64,000 bases of DNA from Octopus vulgaris (GCA_951406725.2 OX597816.1:82150001-82214000), one strand, 5' to 3'. Shown: positions 49,024 to 62,615, numbered from the stretch's first letter. The notes: generated by a model not told the origin, from the sequence alone. A program made the numbers and translations.

Positions 49024-49349
49024 TAGTTTGCAGTTTAAAAAGCAAGATAAAGAACAATGCAGTTTAACATCAATTGCAGCACTGCAACTAAATTTGACTC
49101 TAAAATGATTGCTCATTGTCTTCTGTGTACATAGAAAAAACCCCAGTTTTTATATCTTTGTTTATTAATGTATTGTGTATGTGTCTGTCTGTATATTTAT
49201 ATATAATGTAAGGGTGCACCTTTTGATGCAAGTCTGATGAAGTGCCACTCCAATGTAATTAACTGCACATTTTGCATAACGTTTCAAATGAAATTATTTA
49301 TGTGCAATGATGTTAGAAATGAAGTGGTACCAAAACAATTGTAACTAAT

Positions 49350-49355
49350 AATAAA
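49350..49355 (+). terminator. Candidate polyadenylation signal of RNASEH2C
   Basis: AATAAA ~330 nt after the stop codon, followed by T-rich sequence. Confidence 0.55.
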
Positions 49356-49789
49356 GAAGTGCTAAATCCATTCATTTTCTTTGGATTTTATATATATATA
49401 TCAATGCATGTGTTTTTTTTCAACCTTCTACATACATCTATGTATGTGTGTGTGTGTGTGTATACATATATGTATATATATATATGAGAAATTATTATAA
49501 GCACAATTTGTATAAATTGTTCTCTGTGTACATTTGTTGTGGTTGTTTGGAACCTCTGCATTGGATGTTCCAAGTCCAATTGGATGCTTAACCACAGCAA
49601 ATCATTGGGGCTCACTTTATTACACTGTTACAGAGATCAAACGTCTAAAGTTGGACAGATGATAAAACTTTTTATGTGTTCAGAAAAAAATCGACAGAGA
49701 GCAAATGGTGTAGGGAAAGAGGAAAAGGGATGGGATTATAATTCAACAAAAATGGAGAAAAGTATGACGGATATATCCTTGACATCCTA

Positions 49790-50600
49790 AATAAAGCTTA
49801 TCCCAGCACAAATACCAATAAGATATTCAACACACCCATAAAACTATCCTACTCAATTACACCAAATTTAGCACATAACAGTTGAAACCACTATAGCTTA
49901 GATCAAAGAGACAAACGACCCCCCTCAAAAGAAAAAAAATAGAAGAATTCGGTTGTAAGCAATATTTAGTAATCAACATTATGCATAAAAGTGCCATTTC
50001 TACTACAGGTGTAGCTAATTTAACATCTTGATGCACCCAGCGTACTGAATATTACACATAACCTCATTGAAACTAAACCAAACATAACTACACTTTACAA
50101 AGAGGGGACTAATGCTAATAAAACTCATTGTTACTATTGCTACTAATACTACTAGTGATAATGGTGGTGGTTGTGATAGTAGTTTCAACAATAAAAATAA
50201 CTCCATCACATAGCAGCCAGGACAAACACAACTGAAACTTCTAAGATCCCAGAGTTGCCCTCTGAATGAAGATTTTAAAAAAACAATGCAATTTGCATAA
50301 AAATTCTAACACAAGGCATGCAGCAACAACACTCTTGGAATACATACATGACATAAACTTAAAAAGTATTGAATATAAATTACAGTGGTCTATGCTCTGT
50401 ACAGTAGATCTCTATGAAGGGGAGAGCAATAACTGCCATTTATGCTTAAATAAGGCACTGCAAATCCTTATGGTTGGAGGTAGCATCATTAATAATACAA
50501 AAGAGACAATCATCAACTGTTTACATAAAAACCACCAGACACTCAAATCCTATAAGGAAAAAAATATGGACAATGCAAATAACAACCTGTGTGTATGTAT
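49790..50600 (+). mobile_element. Penelope-like element remnant (RT tail / GIY-YIG C-terminus)
   Basis: IFNTPIKLSYS and TLLEYIHDINLKSIEYKLQWSML...CHLCLNKALQIL...INNTKETIINCLHKN resemble PLE 'LSKYIWxLK..W.IL...CxLCLxEKxxI...LNxRxE...CRH'. Confidence 0.7.
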
Positions 50601-50669
50601 ATATATACTCTTTGTCATCTAACTATTCTTGATATCTGTATCTGTGCTTGTGAGATATATATATATATA

Positions 50670-51727
50670 TTGGGTTATCCCATAAATAATGCAGTTTTTT
50701 CAATTGCATGAACTAAAAGTCAGAGGGGATAAAACTACCTGCATCAACTTGCTATAAAAGCATGTAGTAGTTTTTCCTTGTACTTATTCTTTGTGCAAGT
50801 CTTGAAGAGTGCATTTTGATTTTAACAGTTATTTTTCAAAGGCTATAATGAAAGTGACAAAGGAGCATATTTTGCTCTATGAGTTTTGTAAAGGCAGCAT
50901 ATGGGGATTAGACAATATGCTTAATGTCAATACTGGTTTTAGAAATTCCGAGCAGGAAACTACAGCCTAGATCAGTAGAGCTCAACAAGGATGTCATGCA
51001 AACTAATGGTGAGACAAAAATCATTGTAACTAGCAGGGGAAGCTTGGAGTAGGTCATTCATCAACATTGTCAGCAAATTGGGTCACCATCACTTTCAAAC
51101 TTGCTGCGTCATATATTGTGTGCAGAGGAGAATGTGTGTTTTCTTTGCTGTCATCTGAATGAAGCTTTTTTAGACTGAATAGTGACGAGAACCCATGGGT
51201 TCTCGTCACTATTCAGTCTAAAAAAGCTTCATTCATGAGCCGTGACAGCAAAGAAGAGCACACATTCACTCTCTGCACACAATTAGACGCAGCAAGTTTG
51301 TGAGGAACCCATTGACCCAATTTGCTGACAAGTGTTGATGAATGACCTACTCCAAGCTTCCCTGCTAGTTACAATGAGATTTTGTCCCACCAGAGTTTGC
51401 ATGACATCCTTGTTGAGCTCTACTGATCTAGGTTGTAGTTTCCTGCTCGGAATTTCTAAAACCAGTATTGACATTAAGCATATTGTCTAATCCCCATATG
51501 CTGCCTTTACAAAACTCATAGAGCAAAATATGCTCCTTTGTCACTTTCATTATAGCTTTGAAAAAATAACTGTTAAAATCAAAATGCACTCTTCAAGACT
51601 TGCACAAAGAATAAGTACAAGGAAAAACTACTACATGCTTTTATAGCAAGTTGATGCAGGTAGTTTATCCCCTCTGACTTTTAGTTCATGCAATTGAAAA
51701 AACTGCATTATTTATGGGATGACCCAA
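50670..51727. mobile_element. ~1.06-kb spacerless palindrome formed from two inverted copies of a decayed mariner 5' half
   Basis: TA-flanked TTGGGT(T/C)ATCCCATAAATAATGC termini; arms align throughout; perfect 80-bp central palindrome 51156-51235; mariner remnants (EVTKEHI, KFRAGNY, NEAFLD*IVT). Confidence 0.9.
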
Positions 51728-54700
51728 TATATATATGGATCAAACCAGTGGAAATTTCAAAGCATCACACTTTGAAACTTTAAGTACCAAGGAATTTGAA
51801 TCAGTGTTTTGATCCATACATGTGACTCCCAATAGATATGTTGAGTGCCCTTCTTTTGTTTGTCCACTCACTCGTGTGTATGTGTATATATATATATATA
51901 CATTTATATGTGTGGTATATATCTACATATATATATAAAATTCAGTATATACGTCACTAAAGTGACTGGGGGTGCTCTTCAGCACCAGTATTGTTAGAAA
52001 TAAGAGTGAAAACAACTCATAGCCATGATAACGCATTGTCTTATTTACTGACTAGGGAGATAAGCTCCCTAGGAACTGGGCATAGCCAGATCACCAGTGA
52101 TTTCACATATTAACACTCATCGGTGGCTGTCACTGGCACCTTGGATTAAACTCAACTTGCCTTGTCAGCTTATAAGATCACTGTAGAAATATATATTTTT
52201 GCCTTTTGGTTGAAAAATTGCTAACAAGGCACCTTTATTATTTTTATATATATATAAATGATAGTGATGCAGGTGATCAGTGATACATATGATTAGGAAA
52301 GGTAGGTAAGAGTATATGATTGACAATAGCAGCAGAATAGTAATAATGGGAGAGAGAGAATTTGATAGGTTGCAAGAGTGGAGGTGTGAGAAGCAAGTAT
52401 GGTGCATAAGAAGAGAGAGATCTGGTGGCACAGAAGAATGATCAATGTAAAATGTGGGACAGTGTTAAGAATGAAGGATGAATATCATGTGAAATGGTTC
52501 TGGGTAATGAGAAAGATAAGTAGTATCAAGAAAGAGCTGCTGAAATATGTAGTTCTCACATTTAATCACCACAACAGAATATTGCAGGCAGATGATGGAA
52601 GAGTCAATAACAGAGATGATGAGTGGTGAGGAAAGGTTGAGGAGGAAAATAGGATAGAGGCCCAGTTGTGCATGTACTACATTGTGCTTCCAGAATTTCA
52701 GTTGACAAGATGGGCAAGTCTTCTTTAGTATTACATGTTATTAGTCATCCTGATCCTTGGTTATCTTGATGAGGTTCAAGGGTCTGAAATCAGCTTTTAC
52801 CACTTTGGCCCATGTCTTCTTGAGTCTCCCTCTTGCATAAGTTTCATCTACGTTAAGTGATTAACATTTCTGTATAAAGCTGTCCTCATCCATCTGCATC
52901 ACAAGTCTATACCAGTAGAGTCTTGTTTCTTGTATACTAGATCTGATACCTCTTATGTCTGATTTTTCTCTTAACACATTTGCACTTTGTCCTTCATGCA
53001 CATCCAACATAGCACGCTAGCTTAATTTAATTTCTTTCCAGTATATAGAAATCAGTATTTTTTTGCTAAATACTGAGTCATTACAACCACTATAACTTGG
53101 CAAGATAGATAAGTACATTTGTAACTTTCTTTTTTCTGCAGTTTATCATCATTGGTATGTTGGTCAAAATTTCAACCATAAAGTTTGCTTGTCATAAACA
53201 AAATATTTTTATTTCAAAGTTGTACTTGTTTAGCAAGTGGCATGAATTTTTGTGTTACCATCAAAAGTCACTAAACAGTACAATTCAAAATATTTGAATG
53301 GAGTCATTGGTGAACAGAGTTGCAGATCAGACATTACAACTGTATGTTGAATGAAAAAGCTATACAAATTTCTTTCCTATTTTTAATTTGAATAAAGGCA
53401 GGACTTTTTTTTTCTTTTGACAATTTCCTTAGAAGTTATTGGTATTATTTTGATTGCTATATTTTTTTTTTCTTTTTAGTCATTATAAATATTAGTCATT
53501 TTTGTCTAAGCCACAAAATTATTTTTGGTGAAGTGTGAGAATTTCACTCAAACAAAGCATTACCCAACAAAGTGGGATGTATGTTGCTGCATGACTTACT
53601 AGAAATAGCAGCTGAATCACCTTTATATTCACACTCTACTATCTTCAAAAATAGAAATATAAATCAGATAATTTTTCCTTCATTTTCAAAGATAATCATG
53701 ACTCTATCTTTTTAACAATGAGGGCACTTATTAAAGATCTTCAGTAACAATAACTTCATTAATGAGGGCAACTAGAGAATCATAGCTGCTCCTGAATATA
53801 ATACAACTTTTGTGTGTACTTATGAGCAAGGAAACTACAGAAATGGCAGTATTTCATTGATGTAGATGCACATGATGCCCTGATCACTGCAATGAAGGCC
53901 TACCATCTATTTGTAGTTTGAGTCTTGACTTGAGCTGTAATTCAATAATGGTGAGGGAGATGTGTTAGACCAGCATCACTGTCATCCCTGACATTCTAAA
54001 TCAGTGGGAAAATGAGCTGAGACAGGAGGTTTACCAGAGAGACAGTGGAATAACAAGGGTGATCTTTATGCCTCACAGCAGCATTGTTGGATATTGCCTT
54101 TTGAAACTTGTCTTGCACAGTGTTTAATAGAAATCCAAACCTTACTTAAATTGCAAGCCCTTTAAGAATTTCAGAGAATTTAAGACTTTATAACCTCTAC
54201 CTAGTTTTGCTAGCCAGTTGAGTAGAGAATTAGAAGCTATTACACCGTCTTGCTAATTTAGCAGAAATTCCTAGCGAATGAAATATTCCTTCCATTCTTC
54301 CTGTACATTGGATAATATAGTCCGAGATACACCACACCTCAAGAAAAAGATCTCATCTTACATCCAGTTGATCATGAACTTCTTCGAATAGGTCTGACGT
54401 CGGTTTATACAAAATTATAATACACATAATACCCACAATCCACAATTAAAAACAATATACTTGATTTGCCTTACTTAAGCAGGTTCACCACATATTGTAA
54501 ACGTGTTCACTATACGAAGAGAGACCCTAGAAAAGCAGAAATTGAAAGTTGTGACATTCAGTTTTAAAGTGTTAATCAGTCTGTCAGCAATCAATAAAAT
54601 ATTAGTACTTTTTTTTTATTTCATACATATGTAACTTTCTCACTGAAATTGGCACGACAGTATAATTACTGATCGATTAGATTGATCGTGGAAGGATTAA

Positions 54701-54974
54701 AGATGAAAGCGACCCTAACGGGATTTGAACTCAACGAAAAGAGCTCCGCATCTCCACTGCTACAACGTAATTAGTTTCACATCACGTAGCTAAAAAAAGA
54801 TAAGCTCCCTAATACCATTGAATGGTTATATTACACTAAACTAACCTACGAGCTGCAGGTTTCATTACAGACCTAACATCTGCCTTTACACCTTTTTTGG
54901 TTTATCTGCGGGTAGTAACCTTCGCTACTTTGCTACCGAATTAAACTGAATAAGGTAATCGTTTCTAAGTTAAT

Positions 54975-55050
54975 TAAAGGAAGTGACGACATACGTTGGT
55001 TAGACAGTTGTCTTGAGTATGACGTCTTTCATGTAAACTTCCGGTTGATT
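54975..55050. promoter_or_regulatory. Candidate promoter of an unidentified transcript
   Basis: GGAAGTGACG (ETS-CRE composite) at 54979-54988, TGACGT at 55020-55025 and ACTTCCGGT (ETS) at 55037-55045, in a locally CpG-richer, repeat-poor stretch. Confidence 0.45.
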
Positions 55051-57796
55051 CTAGCCGTGTGTCTAGTATATCTTTGTCATTTCATGTAGTTTATAAATTT
55101 TTTAATACTTTATGAATTTCACATTCATGGATATAACTGTGCTTGGCCATAAATACAGTTGCATTCAGGAAAAACAAGCTTTCAATGCACATGTAATTAA
55201 TTGAACTGCGAAGTTTGTTAGTCAGTCCATAGGAAGAGTTTTCATTATCGGTTAAAGAACACAGACCTATGATCCCAAATTATTAGATAAGAATTGATTT
55301 TAAAATTCCCACAAATTTATCAAATCATGTGGGATTTAAAAAGTGGTGGCCATACTGGAATGTCTACTTTCTTTTTTAAAAAAATAATGGGAAAATTCAA
55401 TAAAAAAAGATAGGGCGTAGTTTTCCATCACAATAACCACAACAGTTAATATGGGTTTCCACAGAGTGGTCATAAGAGTAAGTGTAGAGAGCAGACAATC
55501 TCTTTCTGCTGTTAACATTAATTTCCGTCCTAGACGTGGAAAGAAAACATTACGTAGTCATACGAAAATAAAACAACGAAATATATTGCCATTTTTAATA
55601 TGATTATAGTTAGAAAATGTGATTATTAAAGTTTGTAGCATAAATTATGTGGAGAAATGAAAATTACTTTTGTAGATGAAACACTATCCAATAGCTATTT
55701 TCAAGCCGAGTAGGCATTCTGAGAATGAGGTACGTCTTGTAATATTTGCTGAATATAAAAAAAAATTGTACTCGGAAATACTTCGAAAAGTACGTTTTAT
55801 GTTCAATAAATGATATGAAGAATGCAATCTTAGTAATATGTTCAACTGTTGGCAATTTTCATTATCTTGAATTAAAATTCAAGAACACGAAAGCTAATTA
55901 TGAAGAAAAGAAACTAATTTAATTTGATGCTAATGCTTATTTTATACCTACGATATATTTAAATAGATTTTCAATGGAATAGTTTTTGTGTCATTACTTT
56001 CTTTTCAGTTCTGAAGTAGAAACATTTTTCAACTGCTTCTAAATGGAAATTGTTTTGAACATAAAATGAATAACACTTTTTCTGAGAGTATTTTCTGCAC
56101 TCAGGATTAGCTTTGGAAGGGAGATAAGTCTGGTGAGTGTTCTCGTTTTCTACTTACCTCCCTTGCAAGTAACCTATAGGAATGAAATCGATTAATTAGT
56201 TAAAGCATTGATTTCTTTCAAACAAATAATCCTATATTTTTATACAAGAGGAGAATTAGAATATTGTTTCCAAACAGTAGCACCATAAGTGGACCGAAAT
56301 AGTATCAACTGGGTTACGCAGTCAACTTCGGGCTTTAACCTTTAAATTCAGTATCTACTATCCGTAAATTGTTCCTGGATGATGTGTGATTATTGTATGT
56401 TCTTGTGAGCAACGTAAGGTGGTCCAGTTTGAGTTTTCATATTTTGACTCTAATCACTTTGCATATGTCATTTCATGTTACTTGACTCTTTAAAAAATTC
56501 AGTTCAGTTCCTGAAACTTTTGCTACTCATAACTACAGATGATATACCGATTATGTGCATGACATGACTTGTAAAATCCTGCTGGTGAAAAATACTGGCT
56601 ATTCCCAACAGAACATCTTTCTGGAATTCCTTTCTCGTCAATCTTGTTGAGCAGATCTGTTATGAAAAGCCTTCCAGCCGTGATCATTCCATCTTTTTGT
56701 ATATTAAGGATGACGAGCGCATTTGGCTGATTTAGCAAGCGAACTGAGCGACGACGTAGACGCTCCCTTCCACCGTGACCTTTTTTCATGTAAACGTTAA
56801 TTTACAGATGCTTAAGCTGAACTGAACATCATGCTGCAGTTAAACCCAAACAGAAATGACTAAGGCTATCAAAAATCAAGTCCAAACGATAAAACATTCG
56901 AGTCTAACTCTGTATTCTATGCTTAACTGCAAAATCCAAATTAGTTGGTGTCATGTGCCTGCAAATCAGATGGGACTCTTGCTGTCAAGGGATCTCTTAA
57001 ACTCTGTTAATACCTCCATCTGTATTAGAAAACAAGGTCACTAGTCAATAATGTGTCCCTAATATGGAACCAAAACTGACTGCAACACAATTATCAAAGT
57101 ATCCAGAACAATTTAAGACGAAGGCTGACAACTTCATATTTTCCATAAATTGGAAAAGTTCTGTGTTTGAATCCCTGCAAAACTAGTCTTTGAGCCAATA
57201 AACAAGCTCATACATCAAAAATTGTTACAGAAATATTCTCAGTGAAGAACATAATTTCCTGTTATTACTTAAAGCACTAAGGCAGTGAGCTGGCAGAATC
57301 ATTAACATGCTGGGCTAGATGCTTAGTAATATTTCATTTGTTTTTGCATTTTGAGTTCAAATTCTGTCAAGGTTGACTTTGCCTTTCATCTTTCCAAGGC
57401 TGATAAAATATGTACCAGTTGAGCACTGGAGTCAATGTAATCAATTTAACCCCCTACCACAAAATTGCTAACCTTGTGCCAAAGTTTTAAACCATTATTA
57501 CTAAAAGATCAAGACTAAATTTGCAGTGTATTTAAACTCTCACATACATGACATAGGTCTTCGTTCTTCCCTAACTTTATCTAATTCTACCATCATCCAT
57601 ACTCAGCCTAGACATCACTTTTTGTGAGTCAGTTCACTAAGTTGTAAGGAGTATATACTAGATAGCACAGCATATGTAAATGTTACCAAAGATAGATTGG
57701 TTTTCTATTCAGATGAAGATTTGACTTTTATGTCCTTAATGCCATGAAATTAAAACTAAGCATCTGTCTTTAAAATCACCAGCGCTTAGGAAATAC

Positions 57797-59334
57797 CATC
57801 ATCATCGTTTAACGTCCACTTTCCATGCTGTCATGGGTTGGACGATTTGACTGAGGACTGGCAAGCTAGAAGGCTGCACCAGGCTCCAATCTGATCTGGC
57901 AAAGTTTCTACAGCTGGATGCCCTTCCTAATGCCAACCACTCCAAAAGTGTAGTGGGTGCTTTTACATGCCACCAGCATGAGGGCCAGTCAGGCGGTACT
58001 GGGAACGACCACACTCAAAAGGTGTTTTTTATGTGCCCAGTGGCACTGGCAATGACCACGCTCGAATGATGATTTTTGCTTGTCACCAGCATGCCCTGGC
58101 AATGATCATGCTCGGATGGAGCTTTTAACGTTCCACTGGCACGAGTGCAAATCAGGTGGTACTGTCATCGGCCACGTCAGCAATTTTGATTTCACTTGCC
58201 TCAACAGGTCTTTGCAAGCAAAGTTTATTGTCCAATGAATGAAGGGTACTCATGAGTGGGCTAGTTAAACACCATTGGCATAGGCCACGGGTTATGGTCT
58301 CATTTGGCTTGTCGGGTCTCCTCAAGCACAGCATATCTCCAAAGGTCTTGGTCACTAGTCATTGCCTCAGTGAGGCCCAATGTTCGAAGGTCATGCTTCA
58401 CCACCTCATCCCAGATCTTCCTGGGTCTACCTCTTCCACAGGTTGCCTCAACTGCTAGGGTGTGACACTTTTTTACACAACTGTCCTCATCCATTCGCAA
58501 CACATGACCATACCAGCGCAGTTGTCTCTCTTGCACACCACATCTGATGCTTCTTAGGTCCAACTTTTCTCTCAAGGCGCTTATACTCTGTCATGTATGC
58601 ACACTGACATTACACATCCAGCGGAGCATACTGGCTTCATTCCTTGCAAATTACACATGTCCTCAACCGTCACAGCCCATGTTTCACTACCATGTAGCAT
58701 GGTTGTTCGTACACATGCATCATACAGTCTACCTTTTACTCTGAGTGAGAGGCCCTTTGTCACCAGCAGAGGTAGGAGCTCTGTGAACTTTTCCCAGGCT
58801 ATTCTTATTCCAGCAGCTACACTTTCAGAGCATCCACCCCTGCTACTGACTTGGTTACCTAGGTAACAGAAGCTATCACCTAGTAGTTTTTCTCCCTGGA
58901 ATGTGACAAGCTGTTCTCTGAACATTTTTAGTGTTTATTGCTCCTGAGCATTTGCCACATACAAAAACTATCTTCCCAGTTAGCCTTCCTTTGTTATTGC
59001 TGCATTTCTTATGTGTCCATAGCTTACACTGAGTACATCTTATGGAGTTTCTACCTACGCCTTTTCCAGATATCGAGCAGGGCCATCTACCTGAAGGGAT
59101 TTGTGGTTTGTCTACCTTCCTACTTATTAAGACTTTGATTTTAGCTAGGTTGATTCTAAGGCCCTTTGATTCTAATCTTTGCTTCCACACCTGAAACTTT
59201 TCCTCTAGTTCTGATAGTGATTCAGTTATTAGAGCAAGGTCATCAGCATAGAGAAGCTCCCAGGGGCATCCTGTTTTGAATTCCTCTGTTATTGCCTGGA
59301 GAACTATGATGAATAAGAGGAGGCTGAGGACTGA
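57797..59334 (-). mobile_element. 5'-truncated RTE-clade LINE, same family as 28247-30250, more frameshifted
   Basis: WKQRLESKGLRINLAK, WPCSISGKGVGRNSIRCTQCKLWTHKKCS, MLHGSETWAV, QLRWYGHVLRM, GRGRPRKIW; (CAT)n tail on +. Confidence 0.93.
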
Positions 59335-61012
59335 TAATTAATTCATTTAGACTGCTAATGCAATTTATTAAAGTGAAATGAAAATTAAATATGTTACTGA
59401 CATCCCATTCCAGCAGGAAATATATCCAGTCTTCTTCTTTAAGAGGAATAACCAAAGTTTCCATGAAATAAGTACTATGCATTGTACTCAATCAATTCAG
59501 TTGACCATTCCTCTCCCCCTACAAATTGGTAGCATTGTACCAATGTGAGAAATCCTTATCACTGTTCACCACTACCATCATCTCCATTTCTATCCAACTT
59601 GTCTGAATGTTTATTAGACTAAGAAGCACAAGTTATCAAATACTACAAAAGAAAATCATCATCATCATTTAATGTCTGCTTTCCATGCGAGCATGGGTTG
59701 GACGATTTGACTGAGGTCTGGTGAACCAGATAGCTGCACCAGGCTCCAATCTGGTCTGGCAGAGTTTCTACAGCTGGATGCCCTTCCTAACGCCGACCAC
59801 TCCGAGAGTGTAGTGGGTGCTTTGACATCCCACCGGCACGAGGGTCAGTCAGGCAGTACTGGCAAAGGCCACGCTCAAATGGTACTTTTTATGTGCCACC
59901 TGCACTGCAGCCATTCCAGCGGCACTGGCAACGACTCGCTCGAATGTTTTTCACGTGCCAGTAAAGTGATGAAATTAATTTTAAAATTTTGCATTGTTAG
60001 CCAGTTAGTTGGATAAATGCTATGTAAAATGAAACCGATTAAATGAAAAATGAGATGCTACAGATATGAAAAATAAATAATAAATTGCTATAGAAATATT
60101 CCCACTCACAGTTATCTAGTGGCAATTTGATATCTGTTATAATGATAAGTAACCTAAAATGCATTCATAGACTGGAGACACATGGAGAAAGATTTGTTTT
60201 CATTCCTTTACCAATGTTTTGTATAATATTGACTTCTAAACTTAAGGCAATGAGCTGGCAGAATCTAATGATCCCACTGGGTAAAATGCTTACCAGCATT
60301 TCATTCATCTTCATGTTTTGAGTTCAAATTCTGCCAAGGTTGAGTTTGCCTTTCATTTTCTCAGGGTTGATAAAATACCACTTGAGTATTGGAGTCAATG
60401 TAATCAACTTACCTCTTCCCCTGAAACTGCTGGCCTTGTAAAACCATTATTGATTTCTAAACTTAGGCACATGCCCCCAAACTTGAGTAAGCAGACAATT
60501 AATTAAATAACACTAGTACTGGAACTAATCAATTCCAGGTGGATGAAAAGCAAAGCTGATCATGATATAGTTTTTTGAACTCAGGACATAAAGACACTTT
60601 ACCAAATACCACAAGGCATTTAGCAAACTAATCTACTGATTCTTTCATTCCACTTGATATGTCACCAGAGGGAGAGCAACAGATGGCAGAATTTTGTAGT
60701 AACATCCTCCCACCAGTCATAAGTCCCTGCAAAGGTAATGGACACTGCTTTTCATATTCCGAGTCGGTCAATAATGACACAAACTTTGTGATTTAGCTTC
60801 AAGTCTTATTTAAAGTCATTTTACTCCACTTTCACAACTAAAATCCTAAAGAATGGTATGAATTTCATGCTTTTCAATTAAACTATCTCTATAAAAGATA
60901 TTACACTTTATTCATGTTAGTAAGGAACCAATATCTTCATTTGAGTGAACAAACTCGAAAGAACAACAAACTGTGTTGTTTCTTGTATTTTCTTCAAACT
61001 GTAGTAGTAGTG

Positions 61013-61054
<42 letters not shown>

Positions 61055-61699
61055 ATTATTATTGTTTAGCTCCATGTCAACCCTGACCAAGTAGACTTAT
61101 TATGATCAGTGACACTCCAACTATGACCAAACTGTGTAAGTCCACATTATTTAGTATGTCCTTCCTATTTAAAGACAGCTAGAGAGATTTGGCTTCTATT
61201 TATAGCAGGTCAAGCAATGTCACAGAAGCTCCCCTTGTTGGTTTCTCTAGTAATGGTTACAGTAATAGATGTTGGGGTGGTCACAGCAATAAATTTATTG
61301 ATGGCAATATTGTTAAAGTTAAGGTGGTAATAGTGGCAGTGGCGGCAGTAGTGGTGGTGGTGGTGGTGGTAGTGGTAGTATTAGTAGTAGTAGTAGTAGT
61401 AGCTGGTTATGGTAATGGTTACCATGAAAGATGTATTGGTGAGAGATGGTGGTAGCAGCAATGTTATTTGAAGTATTTGTAATACTTGTGGTTGTAGTAT
61501 GGGTGATACTATTAGTAATATTGTTGGTGTTTGCGATAGTAGTAGTAGTACTACCACTCTTAATATACACCACCACTGCCTCTGCTAGGGATACTACTCT
61601 TCCTTTGCTTTTTGCCTTTTACTTTCACCTTCTACTGGTGGTATTTTCCATGTATTGAGATAGTTTGTACCAAAAAATGACAAATGGATGGATTGATAC

Positions 61700-61832
61700 A
61701 TTATTTACGGATATTTGTCCTCATCATGTTTGTTGTTAACACGTTTCGGCTGATATACCCTCCAGCCTTCATCAGGTGTCTTGGGGAAATTTCGAACCTG
61801 GGTTCTCATTCCTAAGGTATTTTTCAATGTTG

Positions 61833-61873
<41 letters not shown>

Positions 61874-62060
61874 TTCACTGCCTGGAATTGCACTCGGAAT
61901 CTTGGGGTTAGTAATAATAATAATAATAATAACATCGAAAAATACCTTAGGAAATTTCCCCAAGACACCTGATGAAGGCTGGAGTGTATATCAGCCAAAA
62001 TGTTGTATTAATAACAAACAAGATCAGGACAAATAGCCATCAAATGTAAATAATGTACGT
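61700..62060. mobile_element. Inverted pair of Penelope-like terminal repeats separated by (TAT)n/(AAT)n, each with a minimal hammerhead-like motif
   Basis: Arms 61703-61830 and ~61930-62055 are reverse complements; motif gacac-CTGATGA-a-ggctg-N10-cagcc-GAAA. Confidence 0.7.
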
Positions 62061-62575
62061 AATTCCTCATCTCTTAAATATAAGATGGATTGATAGTTCA
62101 AAGATCCTGTGGTGGTGGTGATGGTGATAGCGATGATGATAGTACTATTTTTGGTGAGGATGGTGTTGGTGATGTATTGATTTTGTCTTGTATTGATAAA
62201 CAAGCAGCCGATTCATGGCAACGCTGACTTGAGAGATCCAATCACATCATTGGTGTGGGAACATAGCAGCAGACTGATAGAATAAAATTTGAAATAATTA
62301 GAAATACATTCTAACAAAATACTTTTTCACGAATTTAATTATCTTCTCCCTCCTCTATTTACCAGTTCTAATATTTTGTTCTTCATTTTCTTTTTCCTTT
62401 TTTCATGATTTTTCTAATATTTCTATTGTTTTAATACCACATTTCCCACCATTGCTGCCATTTTCACTTTTTTTTTTTTGATTTAATGTCATTGAGTTTT
62501 AAAACGTTTACTATAATTGTTATCCTTGCTGACTATGATGGGCGTCTCTGACTCTCTCTCTCTGTGTATCACTCT

Positions 62576-62615
<40 letters not shown>

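Noticed and set aside
49021-49320. TGA-TAG double stop plus ATGA..AA..GA pieces in the RNASEH2C 3'UTR as a possible selenocysteine/SECIS signal
   Set aside because: No convincing SECIS stem; RNase H2C is not a known selenoprotein, and the tail is low-complexity.
53855-53915. Minus-strand hairpin tagatg...catct followed by ACA, resembling an H/ACA snoRNA 3' hairpin
   Set aside because: I could not identify a 5' hairpin or an rRNA/snRNA target by eye. It needs cmscan/snoGPS; kept only as a check under the orphan-promoter finding.
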